33,729 nucleotides of DNA from Deltaproteobacteria bacterium (lineage in GTDB: Bacteria; Bdellovibrionota; FAC87; UBA2466): assembly GCA_013205415.1 (NCBI GenBank), contig JABMMY010000058.1:1-33729 (forward strand), given 5' to 3'. Shown one piece after another: positions 27,895 through 33,729 of this stretch (position 1 is the stretch's first letter; each line of letters opens with the position of its first letter). The notes beneath the pieces are model-generated. The model did no database searches. It saw only the letters and a list, made by a program, of their open reading frames with translations, and had not been told where the DNA came from. Position numbers and translations under genes: made by a program.

Positions 27895-28503
27895 ATGCGT
27901 TATTTTTCTTTTTTAGCGGTGGTCACATTATGTGCGTCGGCTTTTTCAGCAGATATTCCCGGGGGATTAGCCAGAATTTCAGAAGGTCTTCCTAATAATA
28001 CCTATGAAGTGGCCTTAAGCCCTGCTTATACTCTTCAACCCGGAGGCGCCTATTTGACCTCTGAATTGCGATATCAGGCGAATGAAGATTTCGGTGCCGG
28101 TTTTGGATTTGGTGCCGGAGAGATCGGTTTCAATTTTGGCGCTAATGGAACTTGGTACATTGCTCCCGATGTAGATTCTCAACCCGCCTTCTCCATTTTA
28201 GGTGGTGTTTATTTAAACCGAGTTCAACAATCTAATTATTTAGCTCTGCGAGTGGTTCCTACTCTTAGCAAAATGATTGCACAAGACTGGGGAAAAATAA
28301 CTCCCTACGTTAGTTTCCAAGGAACACCCTCTTTTCGTTTAGGAGAACCTGATAATAGTTTTTCAATCAGAACTAATGTCGGAACTTTATTTGAAATTAA
28401 AGCGTTACAAGGAATTCGACTATTTACCGAGCTAGGACTTGCAGTCATGAATAGTAATAGCGAGCTTGTATTTGGATTATCTTTTCCGTTTAAAGCCCTA
28501 TAA
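27895..28503 (+). CDS. Small exported protein, probable outer-membrane beta-barrel
   Basis: The RBS AGGAG is present. The signal peptide is MRYFSFLAVVTLCASAFSA. Gly/aromatic-rich alternating strands are present (FGAGFGFGAGEIGFNFGANGTWY). The C-terminus is FPFKAL. Confidence 0.6.
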   Translation: MRYFSFLAVVTLCASAFSADIPGGLARISEGLPNNTYEVALSPAYTLQPGGAYLTSELRYQANEDFGAGFGFGAGEIGFNFGANGTWYIAPDVDSQPAFSILGGVYLNRVQQSNYLALRVVPTLSKMIAQDWGKITPYVSFQGTPSFRLGEPDNSFSIRTNVGTLFEIKALQGIRLFTELGLAVMNSNSELVFGLSFPFKAL

Positions 28504-28535
28504 TATTTTTTAGTAATTCTCTTCATGGCGTAACA

Positions 28536-28559
28536 CCTTCATGGTTTACGTCATGAAGG
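28536..28559. terminator. Hairpin between convergent genes; possible bidirectional terminator
   Basis: CCTTCATG (28536-28543) and CATGAAGG (28552-28559) form a perfect 8-bp stem with an 8-nt loop. No clean T-tract follows, only AT-rich flanks. Confidence 0.4.
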
Positions 28560-28598
28560 AACTCTAATTTAAGCTCTTAATTATTTTTACCGATCTTT

Positions 28599-30794
28599 TT
28601 AGGGAGTTTTAAAATCGGATTCATCTAAATAGGGAGTGGATTGTTTCATAAAATCGATCCACATTGGAAGAGCGGCCGCACTTCCTGTAAGGCCTACCTT
28701 TTCCTCTTCGTCGTACCCTACCCAGATTAAAGTAAGCAATTTAGGAGTGAATCCCACAAACCAAGCATCTTTGTAATCGTTTGTGGTTCCCGTTTTTCCC
28801 GCCATATTAGAAAGGTGGAGTCCACTAGATAAAGCTAATCGCCCGGTGCCTTGGGTGAGTACCCCTTTTAAAAGCTGAACAGTTAAAAAACAGGGAAGTG
28901 CTGGCAGACGCTCTTGCTCTGAACTATTAGGCTCATAGATAGTCTGCCCGAAACTATCGACTACATTAATCAGACTTTGGAGGTGGTGTCCTTTTCCTAA
29001 ATTTGCCAAGGTGACATAGCCTTCAGCTAGTTCAAAAGGGGTTACCTCTACGCTACCTAGAGAAATTGAGGGTATTGTGGGAAGAGGAGATTGAATGCCC
29101 GCTAGTCGAATCAAATCAATAATGGGACCTAACCCTACAGTTTGAGCAAGTCTCGCAGTGGGAATATTAATACTTTTTTCAAGAGCCTCTTTTGCCGTCA
29201 TTTTTTCTGGAGATTCTTTATCATAATTTCTAGGTTTCCAGCTTTGGCCCCCTTCGTAGCTCCATTCGAAGGGCGTTCCATCTAATTCTGTCAATGAAGT
29301 GAAAGGTGGATCGAGATCCGGTTTATTAAAAGCGGCCAGAAAAACAAAGGGCTTAAATAAGGAACCTGGTTGTCTTCGTCCTTGGAGAACTCGATTAAAT
29401 TGAGTTTTTTGGTAACTACTTCCCCCTTGAAGAGCGACCACCTTACCGGTGGTTACCTCGACTGAGATTAAGGCACTTTGGAGTTGAACTCCTCTCTCTG
29501 CCCTTTTACTAATACTTGCGAAATCTTTTTTTAATTTAGCTAAATGATTTTTAAGAATAGTTGAAGCCTGAATCTGAAGGAACGGGTTGAGGGTGGTGTA
29601 AACCGTGAGTGCATCGGTGTCTAAACGATTTTTGATATCCTCTGGTAATTGAGTCAGAACCAGATCCATAAAATATCCAGTCTCTTGAAGATTTTTCTCA
29701 CCTGGAGTTACGCCTAAAGGATCGGTCATGGCCATTTCATATTCGCCCGCAAGAATAAAATTGGCCTCGAGCATTTTTTTTAAAACTAGATTTCTTCGTT
29801 TGATTGTAGTCTCAGGGTGTCGACGAGGATCCTGGCTATTGGGTGCTTGAATAATGGCAGCCAATGTCGCGCTTTGGGAAAGTGAAATATCAAAAATAGA
29901 ACGGTTAAAATAAAATCTTGCCGCCTCTGAAACCCCATGAATCTCATGCGTGCTCCACTGCCCTAGGTAAACTTCATTTAGATAGGCCTCTAAGATAGAT
30001 TCTTTCGAGTGGGTAGATTCTGAAACAAAGGCGTAAATGGCCTCCTTTATTTTTCTAGACAGAGCCTTTTGTCTAGAGAAAAAAAGATTTTTCATCAGTT
30101 GTTGTGTGATGGTACTTCCACCCTCTACAAATCGTCTGGCACGTAGATCCTTATAAAGGGCTCGTATCGTACTACGAAGACTCACCCCTCCGTGTTCTAA
30201 AAAATTAATATCTTCAATGGCCATCACAGCATGTCTCATCGTTACGGGTATGTCTGAGAGCTCTACCGGCGTCTGTGTGCGCAGTCTTCCTGCATAAAAA
30301 GAGCTAATTCTTTTGGGTGACAATTCAAAGGTCTCCACCGATTCATTATTCTCACCGACGGAGATCCCATTTAAGACAAGGTCGGAACCCTCTTTTTTAA
30401 AGGTAAAAAATACACGAGTTCGTGAAAGTATTTTCCCGGGATAGATACTTTCAGAACGAAGAAGTTCGATAGTAGTCCCATGAGAGTCGCTCTCCCAAAT
30501 AAATTCATTAGTTAAAAGATCGTCACCCCTTCTTTTTTCTTGGTAACCGGAATACTCAAGCAGAGTGTGAAGCTGCTCTTCAGAAAATTTCTGTTCGAGG
30601 TGAAGAGGAGGAATTAATCCTAAAAACTGGGAGGATTTTAAAGATAATAATTGAGTAAAACGTTCATCTATCGAGTTTTTAATAAAGCTATAGGATAGGG
30701 TAAGCCCCAAAAAAACAAGAACGATTAGCCCTAAACCACAGCCTACTGCAGCTTTTGACGTTAGAATTTTAAGAAAGGGATTCTGTCGTTTCAT
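28599..30794 (-). CDS. Class A (bifunctional transglycosylase/transpeptidase) penicillin-binding protein, possibly PBP1B-like
   Basis: An N-terminal TM anchor is present. GT51 motifs are AIEDINFLEHGG, GGSTITQQL and RKIKEA. Transpeptidase motifs are GSLFKP (SxxK), SIN (SxN) and KTGTT. An insertion of about 130 aa between the TM anchor and the GT domain (EQLHTLLEYSGYQEKRR...NEFIWES...) resembles the UB2H position of PBP1B. Confidence 0.9.
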   Translation of the reverse strand: MKRQNPFLKILTSKAAVGCGLGLIVLVFLGLTLSYSFIKNSIDERFTQLLSLKSSQFLGLIPPLHLEQKFSEEQLHTLLEYSGYQEKRRGDDLLTNEFIWESDSHGTTIELLRSESIYPGKILSRTRVFFTFKKEGSDLVLNGISVGENNESVETFELSPKRISSFYAGRLRTQTPVELSDIPVTMRHAVMAIEDINFLEHGGVSLRSTIRALYKDLRARRFVEGGSTITQQLMKNLFFSRQKALSRKIKEAIYAFVSESTHSKESILEAYLNEVYLGQWSTHEIHGVSEAARFYFNRSIFDISLSQSATLAAIIQAPNSQDPRRHPETTIKRRNLVLKKMLEANFILAGEYEMAMTDPLGVTPGEKNLQETGYFMDLVLTQLPEDIKNRLDTDALTVYTTLNPFLQIQASTILKNHLAKLKKDFASISKRAERGVQLQSALISVEVTTGKVVALQGGSSYQKTQFNRVLQGRRQPGSLFKPFVFLAAFNKPDLDPPFTSLTELDGTPFEWSYEGGQSWKPRNYDKESPEKMTAKEALEKSINIPTARLAQTVGLGPIIDLIRLAGIQSPLPTIPSISLGSVEVTPFELAEGYVTLANLGKGHHLQSLINVVDSFGQTIYEPNSSEQERLPALPCFLTVQLLKGVLTQGTGRLALSSGLHLSNMAGKTGTTNDYKDAWFVGFTPKLLTLIWVGYDEEEKVGLTGSAAALPMWIDFMKQSTPYLDESDFKTP

Positions 30795-30948
30795 GTTTTT
30801 TCTTATAGACGAGTGAGACTATCATTAACCCACTTAATATTTAAAGGGTATTACCTGTATTGTAAAGCCGGTTAACGCGCCGCTTTTTTTGATGTGATAA
30901 CTTAAATCCTGATTGCAAGAGAGACGGGCCTTCGTTAAGGTAACGACG

Positions 30949-31236
30949 ATGCGACTCAAAGAATCTCAAGTTAAACTAGTCTGTCAAAAACTGTTTGTGG
31001 GACTTCGGTCTAAACAATTAATTTCAGTAAAAAAAACCGATATTGAAGTTCTTAATAGAATGCATGAAATTTTTATTAAGGAGCTAAAGGTTGAAGATGA
31101 GATCAACCTACAGGCTGAAAAAGTTTTAGCGGAGAATTTAAGAAAGCTTGGAATTAAAGGGGACCAGATCGATCGAGAAAAAATGTTTGAGATGATTAGA
31201 AAGCAACTACTCAAAGAGAAGAATGTAATTGTTTAA
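30949..31236 (+). CDS. DUF507-family protein (paralogue 1)
   Basis: The sequence reads MRLKESQVKLVCQKLFVGLRSK...KMFEMIRKQLLKEKNVIV. Its size (95 aa) and pattern match my recollection of DUF507. I prefer the ATG at 30949 to the TTG at 30913. Confidence 0.55.
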   Translation: MRLKESQVKLVCQKLFVGLRSKQLISVKKTDIEVLNRMHEIFIKELKVEDEINLQAEKVLAENLRKLGIKGDQIDREKMFEMIRKQLLKEKNVIV

Positions 31237-31239
31237 GGT

Positions 31240-31515
31240 GTGGTTATGATTTCAGATGAAAAAATGAGTCACATTGTTCATCTCTTGATGAATGGTTTAG
31301 AAAAAGAGGGTTTCGTATCTTTTCCTAATAAAGAGATCGCCGTTAGAGAGGCCCATAAAATATCTAATTTATATTTGGGAAATTTAAAAGGGGCTGCTGA
31401 CGCGGCTAGGCAGAGAATACTTTCTCAAAAGAAAGCACCGGTAGAAAAAAGTCCTCAATGGGACATTCTTTATCAAAAATATTTAGAAGAAGAATTGCAA
31501 AAACGGGGTGGTTAA
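31240..31515 (+). CDS. DUF507-family protein (paralogue 2)
   Basis: It starts 3 nt after the previous stop, at GTG 31240 or ATG 31246. The N-terminus reads ISDEKMSHIVHLLMNGLEKEGFV. The C-terminal SPQWDILYQKYLEEELQKRG is typical of the DUF507 proteins I recall. Confidence 0.55.
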   Translation: MVMISDEKMSHIVHLLMNGLEKEGFVSFPNKEIAVREAHKISNLYLGNLKGAADAARQRILSQKKAPVEKSPQWDILYQKYLEEELQKRGG

Positions 31516-31570
31516 AGTTATCTTGTTTTTGTTTTCAGTCTTTAATCAACATAAATGGGTTAATAAAAAG

Positions 31571-32977
31571 ATGAGTAGGCATATGAACAACTGGGCAATT
31601 AAATTATTAGGTTTGGGTTTTCTTTTCTCTCTTCACGCACATTCTGTGTCTGTGAATTTTGGAGGAAACTTTCGTTCCGATGGCGATTATTACACTAATT
31701 TAACTCAGGGCTACCAAGGTGATTTTTCTAAGAAACAGTTTATTAGAGGTCGATTGTTAGTAGAACCTAATTTAGTGGTAGATGATCACTTTAGTGTTCG
31801 TTCTCAATGGTCACTTTTGGAATCCCCTGACATTACTCCGACTGTATCAGCTCTGGGTACGGGGATGGGTGGTTTTGTTTATGGTGACGCCGATACGACA
31901 GGATTAGTTTTGAATCGAGCCTGGCTTGAGTGGACCTCCGATTTCGGAGTGGTTCGTTTAGGACGGATGCCCTTTTCTTGGGGCTATGGTTTAGTCTGGG
32001 ATGCGGGAGCAGTTTGGGATGATTATGGGACCACTCTAGACCGTTTAGAGTACCGATTACATTTGGGGCATATTGTGGGTGCTTTGGCCTATTCTAAGCC
32101 AGGCAAAAAATCGGTTTGGGGCCATAAAAACGATGCAGACTTTTTTACCTTTTATCTACAGTATGATAATCCAGAGGCCGATGTTGAAGGGGGCTTGCTA
32201 TATGAAAAGCAAACTCGCTCTAATTCTCAAGCTGCGCTTCTTGCTACTACAGGTAATCCGAATAATTATCCTGCTACTAGTCCTCTTCTTACCAAAGCTC
32301 CATACCCTCTAAATAATAACGTAGTCGATTTTTATTTAAGAAAAACGGTGAGCTATTTTACTCTAGGTGGAGAGGTGACTTGGATTTCCGGTGAGGCTAC
32401 CGACTATGGTGTTTTAGGAAAAAATGCTACGCTGAATGCAGTGGGGGCTACACTGAATGCCACCTATGAGTATCACAAGGTAAAAGCATTTTTAGAATGT
32501 TTATATGCGGGTGGTGATTCGAATTTAAATAATGATCAGTTGACTGGATTTGTTCTACTTAATCCTAATCGTAGAGCAGGATTTATTTTAGGAAGAGAGT
32601 TATTGGGGAAGTATTCAAGTCAGGCGGGAGCCGATCCCGGTAAGGTGGGTAATGGCAGTCTATTGGTTTACGGAAAACAAGATTCCTTTTCCGGGGTCCT
32701 ATTCTTTAGACCTGGATTACGGTTTGATTGGTCACCCTCCCTGGCTTCTGGGCTTGAGGTTGTTTACGCCCAAAAGGCATCGGTTCAAAATGGAGAAAAT
32801 GGTTACCTAGGAACTGAGATTGATCTGGGAACCGACTATAGCGCCTATAAAAACTTTGATATCGGAATTAATATCGGAGCATTATTTCCTGGTAAAGGCA
32901 TTTTATCGGCAATGGCTCCGCTTGATACCACCTATACCGTATTGGGTTTTAGAACTACGGCTAGTTTGAAGTTTTAA
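31571..32977 (+). CDS. Outer-membrane beta-barrel protein (porin-like); function unknown
   Basis: I prefer the ATG at 31571, which gives the signal peptide MSRHMNNWAIKLLGLGFLFSLHAHS. Beta-strand-like alternation is long. The terminal motif TTASLKF ends in an aromatic residue, typical of BAM substrates. Confidence 0.65.
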   Translation: MSRHMNNWAIKLLGLGFLFSLHAHSVSVNFGGNFRSDGDYYTNLTQGYQGDFSKKQFIRGRLLVEPNLVVDDHFSVRSQWSLLESPDITPTVSALGTGMGGFVYGDADTTGLVLNRAWLEWTSDFGVVRLGRMPFSWGYGLVWDAGAVWDDYGTTLDRLEYRLHLGHIVGALAYSKPGKKSVWGHKNDADFFTFYLQYDNPEADVEGGLLYEKQTRSNSQAALLATTGNPNNYPATSPLLTKAPYPLNNNVVDFYLRKTVSYFTLGGEVTWISGEATDYGVLGKNATLNAVGATLNATYEYHKVKAFLECLYAGGDSNLNNDQLTGFVLLNPNRRAGFILGRELLGKYSSQAGADPGKVGNGSLLVYGKQDSFSGVLFFRPGLRFDWSPSLASGLEVVYAQKASVQNGENGYLGTEIDLGTDYSAYKNFDIGINIGALFPGKGILSAMAPLDTTYTVLGFRTTASLKF

Positions 32978-33001
32978 ATAGTCAGGGAGAGGTAAAGATA
33001 G

Positions 33002-33729
33002 GTGAAGTTAGTAGCCTGGATTTTTTATATTCTTCTCAGTGCGAAAGCCTTAGCCATAGCGGTATCGTCATCGCCATCCTCTCCCTTGGCAGTTGCGGCA
33101 GATTATTATTCCTCTAAGCATGATTACAATCGGTCATTAGATCTTTGGACTAAAGTTTATACAACTGAACCTCAATCTGTAGAGGCTATGTTGAAGGTCT
33201 CGGAATTAGAATTGTTGATCAAGGGCCACGAAACGGCACAGCAAACCATTCTTCAATTTCTAAAAAAACAAAAAAATATTCTGTCACCCTCTGTGATTAA
33301 AGATATTCAAGAGCGACTGTGGATAATGCAGAATCGATTCATTAAAGATGAATCTCAGAGTCTATATTTACAGGCGATGACAAAAATAAAACTCCTAGAT
33401 TTTTCTCAAGGATTAGCTTTGCTGAATCGGTCGATCGCTTTGGAAAATGGAAACCTTCTTGTGTTGCAGGCAAAGGCCAATTGTGAAAAAAAATTGAGTT
33501 TGTTTAATAAGTTTTATGAAACATTAAAATTAGCGAGCTCAGTAGTAGAGATGAATCGGGGTTGGAGTGAGAGTCTTTTAGAGGCTCAATATTACTTTAA
33601 AGATTATGGAGATGTGGTCACTTGGTTTGAGTTACAGGTAAAATCAACACTTTCTCCGAGGCAAAGGCTATCCTCTGGAATGGCACTAATAGAAACCGGA
33701 CAGGAAAAGGAGGGGGCCCTTCTTCTGTC
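33002..33729 (+). CDS. Exported helical-repeat (TPR-like) protein; 3' end lies outside the window
   Basis: This ORF is not in the supplied track because it runs off the window. I translated it by hand from GTG 33002 and found no stop through 33727. The RBS GGGAGAGG lies upstream. The signal peptide is VKLVAWIFYILLSAKALAIA. The helical repeat-like content is Leu/Ala-rich. Confidence 0.55.
   Translation, partial: MKLVAWIFYILLSAKALAIAVSSSPSSPLAVAADYYSSKHDYNRSLDLWTKVYTTEPQSVEAMLKVSELELLIKGHETAQQTILQFLKKQKNILSPSVIKDIQERLWIMQNRFIKDESQSLYLQAMTKIKLLDFSQGLALLNRSIALENGNLLVLQAKANCEKKLSLFNKFYETLKLASSVVEMNRGWSESLLEAQYYFKDYGDVVTWFELQVKSTLSPRQRLSSGMALIETGQEKEGALLL

Noticed and set aside
31508-31570. A GTG/ATG-extended start of the large OMP that overlaps the second DUF507 gene.
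   Set aside because: The internal ATG at 31571 yields a canonical signal peptide, whereas the extension adds a non-signal N-terminus. This remains uncertain.
1-33729. CRISPR arrays, tandem repeats, IS elements, and toxin-antitoxin or known defence-system gene signatures.
   Set aside because: I found no periodic direct repeats, transposase or integrase motifs, or nuclease, helicase, reverse transcriptase, or STAND NTPase-type proteins in any ORF of the track.

Overview
The window is about 40% GC by eye and is a densely packed chromosomal segment from a Gram-negative bacterium. I count about 33 protein genes and one tRNA.

Securely recognisable housekeeping genes:
- A 5'-truncated Uup-like ABC-F ATPase, translationally coupled to an Rsm22-like methyltransferase.
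- An MscS-family channel, PlsC, adenine deaminase, AmpG and an MFS transporter.
- A tight rpmE-prfA-prmC-murA block.
- A class A penicillin-binding protein.

About 15 genes encode proteins with N-terminal signal peptides. At least seven of these are secreted hydrolases: an esterase, two HExxH metallopeptidases, a papain/C39-like cysteine peptidase, an alpha/beta hydrolase and two trypsin-like serine proteases. Three or four more are predicted beta-barrel outer-membrane proteins. This exported-hydrolase load, together with a DUF507 gene pair, fits a Bdellovibrio-like or Oligoflexia-like organism. That lineage call is inference only.

I see no CRISPR array, transposase, integrase, phage genes or known defence-system signature.

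Best candidates for something undescribed:
1. A stand-alone module at 21438-24362: trypsin-like lipoprotein, short CpaC-type secretin and a VirB11-sized CpaF-like ATPase. It has no pilin or platform genes. It lies between tRNA-Arg(CCT) with a 528-bp ORF-free AT-rich tract and the rpmE operon.
2. A secreted trypsin-like protease at 10998-12797 with a C-terminal thioredoxin-like CGPC domain.
3. The adjacent 444-bp ORF-poor divergent intergenic region, and the orphan secreted protein next to it.

All functional calls rest on motif recognition by eye. No searches were run, and the novelty claims are hypotheses.
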